DNA of 64,000 nucleotides from Octopus bimaculoides (GCF_001194135.2 NC_068994.1:41293894-41357893); one strand, 5' to 3'; positions 27,783 to 40,002 are shown, counted from the stretch's first letter. Made by a program: numbers and translations. The notes: generated from the letters alone by a model not told the origin.

Positions 27783-28059
27783 AACACATTTTTACTGAAC
27801 GCGAGGAAATGCAACTCTCAAAGCCACTTACATAGATATATAGGGATAAACAATCTTCTATGTACTATGCTGGATACATGAGGTGTTCGTCTGGTATGTT
27901 AATTATTTTGTTTATTTTTATGTGTCTTGACCATACTATACTGATGAGTAGAAGTTGCATAATACTGTAATAACTACGAAATCATGATCTATAGTTTAGT
28001 CTGTTTTTAAGGGGCTAGCTTTGAGAGTTGCATTTCTTCATGTTCGGTGAAAATGTGTT
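27783..28059 (+). mobile_element. 277-bp non-autonomous element with 42-bp inverted ends, enclosing the hammerhead
   Basis: Arm 27783-27824 matches the reverse complement of 28018-28059 at 37/42 positions, all differences being transitions. TA lies at 27781-82 and 28060-61. Confidence 0.7.
27935..27995 (+). ncRNA. Type I hammerhead ribozyme with intact catalytic core and palindromic (dimer-type) stem III
   Basis: Stem I is ACTATA (27935-40) / TATAGT (27990-95). Core CTGATGA is at 27941-47. Stem II is GTAG (27948-51) / CTAC (27974-77) with the canonical G10.1-C11.1 pair, extended by TTGCA/TGTAA around the loop TAATAC. GAAA is at 27978-81. Stem III ATCATGAT (27981-88) is self-complementary. 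The cleavage triplet is AUC with C17 at 27989. All consensus core positions match. Confidence 0.85.
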
Positions 28060-28978
28060 TATTATGGTAGTTTGACCTTACAGTCCCTCTTAGCATGAAG
28101 CATTCGTGTATAGTAATGCCCTTATATAAATAAATATATTTTGGGGAATAAATGATGGATTTTTCCCTTATGAGGTTTGTTTCACGCTAACTACTTGATA
28201 AATTCTAATAAAAGAATTTATCCTATTATTGAATTAATTATATATATATGTATGTATATGTATGTTTGCATGTGTATTTGTGTTTGTGTGTATTTATGTA
28301 TATATTTGCCTAGACACCACATGATAGTTGCAAATGATCATTATCATCATACAAGTGTGATTGTTTGTTTCCGGTAATCTATGAGAAACATGTTGGGCTA
28401 TGGAAAATTATTACCTTGCATGGAAACCGGTGAAGGTTGGTGGCAGGAAGAGTATCTGGCAGTGAAAGATTTGCTTCAACAAATTCTGTCTGACCTATGC
28501 AACCATGGAGAAGCAGACATTAAATGATGACGACATTGATGATGATAATGATGACACTGATGATGATGGTGATGACAACAGTAACTTTAACAAAGGTGTA
28601 AACTGAATGTCTTGCAAGTCTGTACCAACCTAATAATAATGATGTTATAAGTACAAATATATTCCCTCATCATAATAAACCTTAATGGTAGTATTTCTTC
28701 GAATCATTGTATAAGCTATACTCTGCTCCCACATTTAATGGATGGTTTAGGTTAAGGTCATACAAACCTATTCTACCATTATTAAAACAATAAAACATGA
28801 TGAAAGCAATACAAGCTAGATAAAAGTGTGATTGCTTGTTTCCAATGGAGACTGAAAACTTTCCTACCTTCTGACTTGGTATGGCCTGATTAAAGAAGAT
28901 TACATGTTGTTAACATTTTGGAAAGCAAGCAAGTGAAACAAAGCAGTAGTGAAAGGAAATTTCAGCCAATAAACTAAC

Positions 28979-29073
28979 ATGTCTTAGTTTTTGTGACATT
29001 CATTGGGCTTGTTTGAATCCATTCCCCACTAGATATTAAGTTTCTGCCTGTAGCTGTGAACATGTTATTGCCA
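28979..29073 (-). CDS. Candidate 95-nt exon, GNNMFTATGRNLISSGEWIQTSPMNVTKTKT
   Basis: Very strong minus-strand acceptor (ccttcttttcttttctgccag) and donor gttagt, with a single open frame. Confidence 0.3.
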
Positions 29074-30096
29074 CTGGCAGAAAAGAAAAGAAGGAAAAAA
29101 AAAAAGGAAGAAAGAATCTAAGCCCTCTCTTAATAATGGAAATGTTTGGTTCTTCTTAGTTATATTAATCTTCAAGGGAAATGGGAAACGGATGTCTAAA
29201 TATATTGCTACACTGTTTTATCAATTATAAAGCAACAACAGAACATTTTAGTCAATTTGATAATATGACCAAAAAGCTACGTAATAATAAAGTGAAAGAT
29301 AGCCAGAATGGAGGGCCTCTGTATGGTCAGCCAGTCTGCTAGAAATATATACCAAATTGTTCAGTAAATCTTACTGCGTTATCTTAAGAATGGGACATTA
29401 GATAATGTAGTACTTGATATATTATGCCTGAATAACAAATAGAATGGTTATGGCTGGATTGATTATATTTGCTTGGAGAGAGCAGACATGAGGGCTAAAT
29501 AACAACAGACTAATTTAGAAAGCTGTTAGAAAGTATCTTTCTATATTATGTCTTATTATTTTGTGTACCATGATTCTGTTGAAATTCACTGCCTTTGATT
29601 CAATTAATTTTTAAAATAGTAAATAATTTAGTAAAAATAACTGTCATTAAGTTGGAGCAGAAGACACTTGTTCAAGCTGCTGTGTTGTGGGACTGACCCT
29701 AAAACCATGTAGTTACAACATGAGCTTCTTAGCTTTATTGTCAAGCCAGCAGAATTATTTTCTTGTCTTTTAGTGACCAGGAAGCAAAGTTCACTGCAGT
29801 TAAATACATCAGAAGATATAAGGCAAAGGCATTGCATGTGCATAATTGCATGAATACTGCAGGAATTACAATATTCTGATGAGTATAAATGAGAATTTGA
29901 TCAAGTGTTTTTTTTTTTTTTTTACAATCATTTGACGAATACAGAAGTTTTGAATCTGAAGACAAACTCGGAGGGTGGAGGGCAAAGTTTATACTTCACC
30001 AACTGAAAGTTAAAACAATGTACCTCAAAAGAAGAAAGATTAACTCACCAAAATGCAATATGGGAATTAAGCAGGAAACTTGTAAATTTTAATCAA

Positions 30097-30316
30097 CTCT
30101 TTACTGTTCGGATTACTTTGTCAAATGTAATGCTTGTTTATTCACATTCTCTTGAATCCCTCATGCATTATCTTGTAGCTTTGAGAATTCAATGATGTGA
30201 TTGTATATTTTTAGAATGACATTGCAGAGTAGGTGTGAGGTGCCAGATCTGACCAGTTTCAACATAAAACAGGTAGAATATTTGGGCTGAATAAGGCTGA
30301 TTTAAATGCTAAAGGG
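30097..30316. mobile_element. TTAA-type MITE, same family
   Basis: Shared body, with right end AAATGCTAAAGGG|TTAA. Confidence 0.75.
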
Positions 30317-30344
30317 TTAAGAAACAAAGTTTTATATGTTTCTT

Positions 30345-30575
30345 ATTTCTTTACTACCCACAAGGGGCTACACACAGAGGGGACAAATAAGGACAGATAA
30401 ACGGATTAAGTCGATTATATCGATCCCAGTGCATAACTGGTACTTATTTAATTGACCCCGAAAGGATGAAAGGCAAAGTCGACCTTGGCGGAATTTGAAC
30501 TCAGGACCTAAAGACAGGCGAAGTACTGCTAAGAATTTCACCCGGCGTGCTAACGTTTCTGCCAGCTTGCTGCCA
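30345..30575 (-). mobile_element. Family B SINE, young CpG-retaining copy
   Basis: cccgaaaggatgaaaggcaaagtcgaccttggcggaatttgaactcag, the reverse complement of the family core. Confidence 0.85.
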
Positions 30576-33500
30576 AAGTTTTATATGTTTCTGTCAAGTT
30601 GTTAATAAATTCTCATTGTATTTGTAGAGGAGGTGAAGTAAAAGGTATAGGTCATGGAGCTTAGGTCCAGATGCAGGCTATATTCTCTTGACAGAGAACC
30701 CACAAAACTTTTATAACTTTATGGCAGAGCTTTCAGAACTTTTCCCCATGGTGATTCAGTTTTTAATGTCAACTCTTTACATGGATGTGGCTGTGTGGTT
30801 AAAAAGCTTGCTCTGCAACCCTGTATTTTGGGGATCAGTCTCACTGCATGGCACCTGAAGCAAGTGTCTTCTAATATCAACCTGAGCTAACCAATGCTTT
30901 GCAAGTGAATTTAGTAGAAGGAAACTGTGTGGAAGCCTATTGTGTATGTGTGTGCACGTGTGTGTTGTGTGTATGTGTGTGCACGGGTGTGTTGTGTGTA
31001 TGTGTTTTTGTGTGTGTATCTTTGTGTTTGCCTTTGCCTCCACCATTTGACAACCGGTGTTGGTTTGTTAATGTTCATGTAACTCAGTGGTTCAGTCAAA
31101 AGGCCCAGCAGAACAAGTACCAGACTTCAAAAACATAAGTACTGGGGTGATTTTTTTTCAACTAGAACCATCAAAGCTGTGCCCCAGTATGACTGCAGTT
31201 CAATGACTGATACAAGTAAAATATAAAACATTAAAGAATAGAGACATTAAGTTTTGTTAGCAACAGGTAATGAACAAAACTGCTTAATAAAGAATTAGAT
31301 ATCATATCACCTGCTATGGCTGTTGTATCTAAATTTACTCAGAGTTGTCATTTTCCAAATATATTCCACAGCCAAGAAATTCATCAAAATTGATCAGATT
31401 TTATTTAATTTCATATCACACCTAGAGAATATCAACAATGCTCAGCAATGCACTAAAGTATCATTACATGCAGTTTGGAAAAACCTGTGGTTTATGAGTT
31501 TGATAAGTAAATAAATACCAGAAGGGAACAAAGCTATATGGCCAGAATTGATCAGGGAGATATCTGTGTATCCTAGCAATATACGGGTATACCTCAACTT
31601 ACATCATTTCAAGCTATGCCTTGTGTAACATTACAGTGGTTGCAGCAAACATATTCAAAGGCATAGAAAATTTAAAATAAATGCCTAAAATGCCTAAAAA
31701 CTACTAAAGTAGAAAATCAAATAAAATGCATGTAAAAATATATACAAATCATTCATTAAAACAGATAAAAGCTAACAAATCAGGAAAATGCTTTTTTTTT
31801 ATTTATATTTATTTTTCTTTTATGATTTAGTTTCGTTTTTTTTTCTTTTTTTTACCTTTATATTTCTATCTAAATGTTTACAGTTTAGTACTTTATAATG
31901 ATGGGAAGATTTTTCAATGGATTTCAATGTATTTTTAATTGTTATTTTTTCTTTTTTCCGTGTTACAGCCTTTATTTTTTTAATGAAGTCATGTGTCTTG
32001 GAAACAGTTACTGACAAAAGTTGATGTATAAATATATTTCAGAAATAATCTAACGATTGAAGGCATTTTAAATCTTTAGCTTATCAACTGCAGATCATTA
32101 CATTGTTATGCTGATTGTCATATAATGTCAGCTCAATATGAAATCGTATTTGGTGTATTTTATGATATAATTATAATACTGTATCCAATAAATAATATGC
32201 TGCATTCAGTAAATAATTATATCCGGAGCATAATTTCTTTACATATGCATGTGAGGAAGTAATGCATGAATTGAGGGGAAACTAATTTTTCAATACACAA
32301 TATTCTCACAGGAGTTTCAGTAGGTTGTGTATTGCATTTCCGAAAATGATGTTATCTGGACTTTAACACTTGCTATGTAGTCAAGGGAACAATTTCTGAC
32401 AAAAAACAATATAGTGAGTTTTCTCTTGTGCTGACCGAAGCCTTGTGAGTGGATTTGGTAGTTAGAGACTGTATATACATGTATGTAATTCTGTATTTTT
32501 TCAATTTTCTGTCTGAAAAACTACTAACGAGTAATGACTTACATGTTTTTCTACATGTATACTTCTGTAACTTCTATGAGATAAAGAAACATATGTAGCG
32601 GGGAATTTAAAAAATACCAAATTTTCCCAGTCTTCTGTTTTGATATACACGGATGTTATATACATATATGTGAGTATGTATTACATGTGTGTAAGTTGCT
32701 GTCTCTTTGTTTTCATGGCTTTTGATTGCTGTAAATGAGCATCACTGTCATACAAGCAGTATCTTTCATTTCCAGTCTCCCAAGAAAGTGTCCAGCCATG
32801 ATAAACTATTAGTGTACTTGGAAATAGGTGATGGCTGGTGACAGGAAGGGCATCTAGCTGTAGAAAATTTGCTTCAACAAATTTTGTCTGATTCATGTAT
32901 CGGAAAGTAAATGCTAAAATGAAGATGACAATGGCATTGAGGGGGATGATAGTGAGGATGACAATGATGTTGGTTATGATGGCCATGATGATGATGATTG
33001 ATGGAGATGATGGCAGTGCTGATGATGACAATAATAATGATAATGGTGGTGTTGGTGGTAGTGGTGGTGGTGATGGTAATAGTGGTAGTGATGGTGGTAG
33101 AGGTGGTGCAAGTGAATAGGAAGATAATTATGTTGCTTAACAACTATGTAATCTCAAGTAAAGGTAGTTATTACAGAGAGGAGTTTCCACTTCTACATTC
33201 TAACTCAAAACTTTAAACCTATGTTTCAAAACAGGAATTAATCGATTTTCTATAAAAAAAAAATAAGTAAACTAATTAATGTTCCATGAAATATTCAAGC
33301 TCCACTGTCTGCTCTGGCATGAATTCTACAGCCGGACACCTTTCCTAAAGTCAACCCTTGCCAACAAGGTTAAACATACTTCAGGCAGGAGTTCTAGTGG
33401 GTACAAGATATGCCTTAGCCTACACCTGTTAGCTTTAAAGACAACATCCACTCTAATTAGCATTGTTACTGTATAGTAAGAAGTTTACTTCCCAACCACA

Positions 33501-34548
33501 TGGTTCCAGGTTCAATCTTACTATGTGGTACCTTGAGCAATTGTCTTCTACTATAGCCTCATTCTAACCAAAGCCATGTGAGTGTATTTGGTAGATGGAT
33601 ACTGAAAGAAGCGCATTGTATACTCTTTTACCTGTTTCAGTCATTTGACTGTGGCTATGTTGGAACACTGCTTTAGTGAAGCCAATCGACCCCAGGACTT
33701 ATTCTTTGTAAGCCTAGTACTTACTCTATCAGTCTCATTTGCCAAACCGCTAAGTTACGGGAACGTAAACACACCAGCATCAGTTGTCCGGCGATGTTGG
33801 CGGGGACAAAAACACACACACATACATATATATATATATACATATATACGACGGGCTTCTTTCAGTTTCCATCTACCAAATCCACTCACAAGGCTTTGGT
33901 CAGCCCAAGATAAGTCATGTTTTCTTATCTTAATTTTATAAACAATATCGACATCAATCTTTTAGTAACTTTGTACATTAACACATTTTTTTCTATTATC
34001 TACTTATTCCATAATGTGTTAACCTTGTTTACTATAATATTTTTAGATTGTAACTCTTAATAATTATATTAATACCGCTAATGTAGGGATTAGTTTACAG
34101 ATTTTGTCTCTTTATATATATTTTTATTTCTCATGTTTATGTTTATTCCTTGGATGATTTTAGGTATTTTCTTAGGGATTTGACCAGAGGAGTCACTGAT
34201 TTTGAGAGTAAAATCATTTCCCCGTTCTAATGAACTCGGATAGAATTTGCTCATGATTTTATATAGTCCTATTTCAGCCATGAATCGCACGTAGTCTATG
34301 TACTAGCACTAACTTTTACATTTATACTTCCATACTGTATATTATCGTATTAATTATTACTGTCCAATTTATAAATTTGACTTTAAAATTTTTAAATTAA
34401 TATTTCTATGATTTATTTATATAATATGTTATTTATTTTAAATTTTTAGATTAAAATATTAGATATATTAAGATGGTATATGCCTTACAGCATGGATTTG
34501 GAGGGGTTCTGAGTTGTTGAGTGGTGGTTCGTCTCTAAATTAGTTATA

Positions 34549-34589
<41 letters not shown>

Positions 34590-34943
34590 NNNNNNNNNNN
34601 NNNNNNNNNNNNNNNNNNNNNNNNNNNNNNNNNNNNNNNNNNNNGTACATACATATATATACATACATATATATGTATATCATCATCATCATCATTGTTT
34701 AACATCCATTTTCCATGCTGGCATGGGTTCGACGGTTTGACTGAGGTCTGGAGAACCAGTGGCTACACCAGGCTCCGATCTGATCTGGCAATGTTTCTAC
34801 AGCTGGATGCCCTTCCTAACACCAACCAGTCCGAAAGTGTAGTGGGTGGTTTATATGTGCCACTGACAAGGGAGCTAGTCAGGCTGTCCTGGCATTGATC
34901 ACGTTCAGATAGTGCTTTTTACATGTCACCAGCATATGTGTAC

Positions 34944-34986
<43 letters not shown>

Positions 34987-35512
34987 GTGTGTGTGTCACT
35001 GGCATGTAAAAAGCGGCATCTGAATGTGACCTGTGCCAGTACCCTCTGTGACTGGCTCCCATGCCGGTGACATGTAAAAAGCACTATNNNNNNNNNNTAT
35101 ATGTGTCTGTCCCACTGGTACTACCTGACAACTGGTGTTGGTGTGTTTACATTCCAATCAGTTAGCAGTTCAGGAAAAGGGACTAACAGAATAAGTACTA
35201 GGCTTTGAAAAAAAAAAAAAAAAAATCCTGACTTTGATTTGTTCACCTCAAACCCTTCGAGTCAGTGCCCTAGTATGGCCACATTCAAATGACTGAAAAA
35301 AAGTAAACGATAAAAGGTAAAAGATATCCCAAGACATACAGTTCTATATTTAAGAGATGAGGAATTATGTACATTATTTACATTTGATGGATATTTGTCC
35401 TCATCTTGTTTGTTGTTAACACATTTCGGCTGATATACCTTCCAGCCTTCATCAGGTGTCTTCAAGNNNNNNNNNNATTTGATGGATATTTGTCCTCATC
35501 TTGTTTGTTGTT

Positions 35513-35555
35513 AACACATTTCGGCTGATATACCTTCCAGCCTTCATCAGGTGTC
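35513..35555 (-). ncRNA. Minimal Penelope-type hammerhead motif with 3-nt deletion at the cleavage site
   Basis: The reverse complement reads GACAC CTGATGA A GGCTG gaaggtatat CAGCC GAAA T GTGTT. Stems I and II pair fully, but the stem III/NUH segment is 3 nt shorter than in the plus copy. An identical copy at 35418-35460 lies across a 10-N gap and is probably an assembly overlap. Confidence 0.65.
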
Positions 35556-35809
35556 TTCAAGAAATTTCAAACCTGAGCTCTCATTCCTAAGGTATTTTTC
35601 GATGTTATTATTATTTTTATTACTACTATTATTATTATTATTCAGGTCACTGCCCACGGGCATATGGCATAGTGGTTAAGAGCGAGGGCTACTAACCCCA
35701 AGATTCTGAGTTCGATTCCAAGCAGTGACTTGAATAATAATAATATTAATAATAATAATAACATAGAAAAATACCTTAGGAATGAGAACCTAGGTTGAAA
35801 TTTCCGCAA

Positions 35810-35855
35810 GACCCCTGATGAAGGCTGGAAGGTATATCAGCTGAAATGTTGTGTT
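35810..35855 (+). ncRNA. Minimal Penelope-type hammerhead motif, degenerate copy
   Basis: Reads GACCC CTGATGA A GGCTG gaaggtatat CAGCT GAAA TGTT GTGTT. The core boxes are intact with an extra A after A9. There is one stem I mismatch and C>T changes at 11.1 and probably 15.2. Confidence 0.7.
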
Positions 35856-36522
35856 AACAACAAACAAGATGAAGACAAGTATCTATCAAATGTAAATAAT
35901 GTATCCCAAGACATATTTGTCTGATACACGAATAATTCTACCAATCTCATTTTGGAAGGCTTTGGAGAAATTTGAACTTATAACAAAGAGAGAATGAAAC
36001 AAAACAAAGTATTGAATACATTATTTAAATGTCTGGGTCATATTTTTCTTCAACTTTTAAATATTGCAACTATGATTCATTAATATTAAGTATATTACAA
36101 TAGGGTAAACAAAAAGAAGTTGCATTTGACCTTTATTCTAATGGCTTTTAAGATGATCTATATGTTATTAATTATAAATTATTGTAATACACATACAGAC
36201 ACACACACGCTAACTCACACATATGCATGTGTGTTTATAAACATAAATATATACATGTGTATGTATATGTATGTATATACATGTGTATGTAAGTATGCAC
36301 ATGTATATGTGTGTATATATTTGTTATAGATGGTTTGAGAGAGAAAAACAAAGCTAGAGAGAGAGAGAGGAAGCCAGATAGTGTGCAAACAAAAGATGAA
36401 GAGAGCAACACATATACATGCTGACAAAAAAGAGAGTGAATTAGAGAAAATATGAGTGAGATGTAACATAAAATGAAGTGTAAATGTATGCATTTATATA
36501 TATACTTACATACATACATACA

Positions 36523-36614
<92 letters not shown>

Positions 36615-36840
36615 AATAAAAATAAAATTTTTAAAAATTAAAAAAAAGGGTTTTGTATAATTGTCTGTTTTTTATGTTTTATTTATATTCTTATAAAATT
36701 AATGTGGGATATAGAATATGGAATATATAATATAAATAGTAAAATGAAATGAAGTATTGAATGTCTTATTGAATATGTGAAATATTGAGTATTAAATATA
36801 GAGTATTAAATATAGAAAGGCTAGTATACTTTCATGCCTC

Positions 36841-37545
36841 ATGGCATTCATGAAGGCCCCGTCTGACAATGACCACCTTGGGAACCCAGTTTCCACAAAA
36901 ACTGTTCACCGGGAGCTGCACAAAGCCGAATTTCATGGGAGGGCTGCAATCAGAAAACCACCACTTTCAAAAACTATTGTTATAAAGTGTTTAGAATGGA
37001 GTAAAAACCTACAGAATTGGTTCCTAGAGCAGTGGAAGAATGTTATTTTCTTGGACGAATCATCCTTTACCTTATTTCTAACTACTGGCTGAGTATACAT
37101 GTGGAGACAGCCAAAAGAAGCATTTAACCCAGACTACCTTCTTCCAACTGTTAAACATGGAGGAGGATCTGTGATGATCTGGTGCGGGTGGGGGGGCTAT
37201 ACCATGGAAATTCGCCGGCCCAATGGTTTCCCTTCATGGCAGAATTAATAGTCAAAACTATTTAAGCATTTTATCTGATCAAATTCATCCTATGTTTACA
37301 GAACTGTTTCCGGAGGGAAACACAATCTTTCAGGATGTTAGTGCACCAATTCACACAGCTAAAGTTGTTACTAAATGGCACAAGGAACATTCTAGTGAAG
37401 TTGAACCTGGCCACCACAGTTCCCAGATCTCAATATTATTGAACATTTATGGTGCATTTTAGAAAAACAAGTAAGGAGTTGATATCCTCCACCATCATCA
37501 CTACAAGAACTGGAGACTGTTTTAGCTGAAGAATGGACAAAAATT
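36841..37545 (+). mobile_element. Tc1-family (DD34E-type) transposase relic
   Basis: Reads GRAAIRKPPLS...WKNVIFLDESSF...TVKHGGGSVMIW...IFQDVSAPIHTAKVV...WPPQFPDLNIIEHLW, with stops and frameshifts. No TIRs were located. Confidence 0.9.
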
Positions 37546-37696
37546 CCTTTGCAAATTATTGGAATTGTTCTTGTTGAACATTGATATTTGTGGTTCTGTG
37601 CAATCCCTGTGGAAACAATCCCACTATGATATCTGATCCCTTCTGTAGCTATATTCTTTATAGTGTGTGTGTGTGTGCATGTCTATAATTTTTTTT

Positions 37697-37834
37697 TCAC
37701 CTGATGAGAAAGTTTAATATCTGTATTAATTTAAAAGATTATTTATATTAATGCAAAGATGTAATTTATTTATTATATAATAATATATTAATATTATCTT
37801 TGCATGCTTTAAGTTACGAAACAATTTGTTGTGA
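37697..37834 (+). ncRNA. Hammerhead-like motif with ~110-nt AT-rich stem II
   Basis: Stem I is TCAC (37697-700) / GTGA (37831-34), and CTGATGA is at 37701-07. G37708 pairs with C37817. An inner perfect 10-bp stem ATGCAAAGAT (37751-60) / ATCTTTGCAT (37796-805) is present. GAAA is at 37818-21, stem III is ACA-ATT-TGT, and the triplet is GUU. The base of stem II has mismatches. Confidence 0.55.
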
Positions 37835-38739
37835 TATATGATTTTTCAATGGTTAAATAAACTTCATCATACAATTTCTCTAGTCATTTATGACTTTATA
37901 TACACACACTCGCATACACGCACAAACACACAAAAACATATAAGCACACACATATATACAGATATATAAACATGTATCTATATATGTGTGTACACACACA
38001 TACAGACATGTGAGCACATAAGTGCAGAACAAAATATCGAAAATAGTACTCAAGTGCAAAGGCAGAATAAAAAATAGTGCTTCATTTCATTATTTGAAAC
38101 ATCAATTCCCGTAACTGAATATCAAACAGACTTTTGTCTGGATAATGGTTACATGAAAGCAAGTGTAACAGCTTGTAAATATCTCAACTTCAATAAAGTC
38201 TCACACACACACACACGTGCGTACAGAATCTGTTTAAATTTATGTTGGAAATAATCTAAACTTATTGTAAGTGCTTTAATAATTAAAATTGTCACTATTT
38301 CAGCCATTTTTAGATGCAAACTTAATGGATCCTATCATACAATTATCCAATAAAGTTTTAATTTTAATTCAACACATTAGAATGGACGTTTTTCTCTTCT
38401 TTTAATCATTGTACCTAGAACAGTCTGAAGAAAATTGGTGTCAAAAGTGTTTGTATTACATAATCTAAGCCAAAATAGTGAAAGAAAAAACAGCAGTATG
38501 TTGTAAGGTGTAAAATTTGTTTAGAAAATATTTAGTAGTTTGTCTTATTCGTTTTGGTGGAACTTTCATTCTTTTTTTCTCTTTGTGTATTTGACCTTTC
38601 ATGTAACCTCAAAATACTCCATTTACAAAAGTTAAACCACTCTATGAATGAGTAGTGAAATACATACATACATACATGCACAAATACATATATATTCACA
38701 CATACATATACATGTGTGTGTATATATAAGTTATACATA

Positions 38740-38774
<35 letters not shown>

Positions 38775-38927
38775 ATAGATATATAATATATATGTTATAC
38801 AAAAAATATATATATTTACGTTATACATATATAATGAATATGTAGATATACATACATACCTACATTCATACATTATACATACATGTAATAGATATATATA
38901 TTATATATATGTTATACATAAAAAATA

Positions 38928-38961
<34 letters not shown>

Positions 38962-39042
38962 ATTTATGTATATATATATATATAAATACATACATGTATG
39001 CTTACATACATACAAACATACCTGCACAAAAATTCACACATG

Positions 39043-39090
<48 letters not shown>

Positions 39091-39945
39091 AATACATATA
39101 TATTCATGCATACATATATATTTGTGTGTATATATAGGCAATACATAAATTATGTATGTGTATGTGCATATATATATATGTATATATATATATGTTTGTG
39201 TGTTAGAGATATTTGATATATATGTCATACATAAAGTATATATATATATATATATGTTATACATATATAATGAATATGTGGCTATACATACATACCTACA
39301 TCCATATATTCATACATGTATGCATACATCCATACATATATACATACATACATATATATGAATATATATATGTATGTATGTGCATATGTATATGTATGTA
39401 TGTGAATATATATATATATATATATATATANNNNNNNNNNTATATGTATATATGTACATATATATATGTATGTACATATATACATACATACATATAAGCA
39501 AACAGGCATACATATATAAAGGAAAAATGTCCATTATGAAATGCTACGGCAGCTTAAAGTTAAAAAGGAAAGGGTGGACACAGCATTGTGATGACAATGG
39601 ATTTGAGTTGAATATGTATTAAAGACTGATGTGAGAGATTCTGGAATTTACTCAGAATCCTCCTTGAATACTGTTTGCATCTGAATTTACCTCTATGAAA
39701 AGGAAAGGACAAAGAGAGGTGGCTATGTGGAGGGGGGAGTGTTTAGATTGCAATCAGCAGGAATTCAATTGATGGATAATCTATGGACATCTAAAATTAT
39801 TCAGAATATAACTAAAGCTTACAGTATTCTATCTCCTTGTCAACATTTTATTATATGAAATAGGAAAAGAGAGTATGATGGTAGTGTGTGGGAGATAAGA
39901 ATAAGCGTGAGAGAGAGAAAGGGTGAATGATTGGGAGAAAGAAAC

Positions 39946-40002
<57 letters not shown>

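Larger units (their letters stand above)
35339..35901. mobile_element. Inverted (head-to-head) composite of a tRNA-headed, Penelope-tailed element carrying hammerhead motifs
   Basis: A 14-bp direct repeat TATCCCAAGACATA flanks it at 35325-38 and 35902-15. The left part (minus strand) is the reverse complement of the right part (35720-35901). A central tRNA-like head has A box TGGCATAGTGG (35665-75) and B box GAGTTCGATTCC (35708-19). Confidence 0.85.

Noticed and set aside
35382-35466. Tandem (dimeric) hammerhead arrangement with 35477-35561
   Set aside because: The two 85-bp copies are identical and separated by a nominal 10-N gap, typical of unmerged contig overlap. They are not counted as a real tandem until long reads confirm it.
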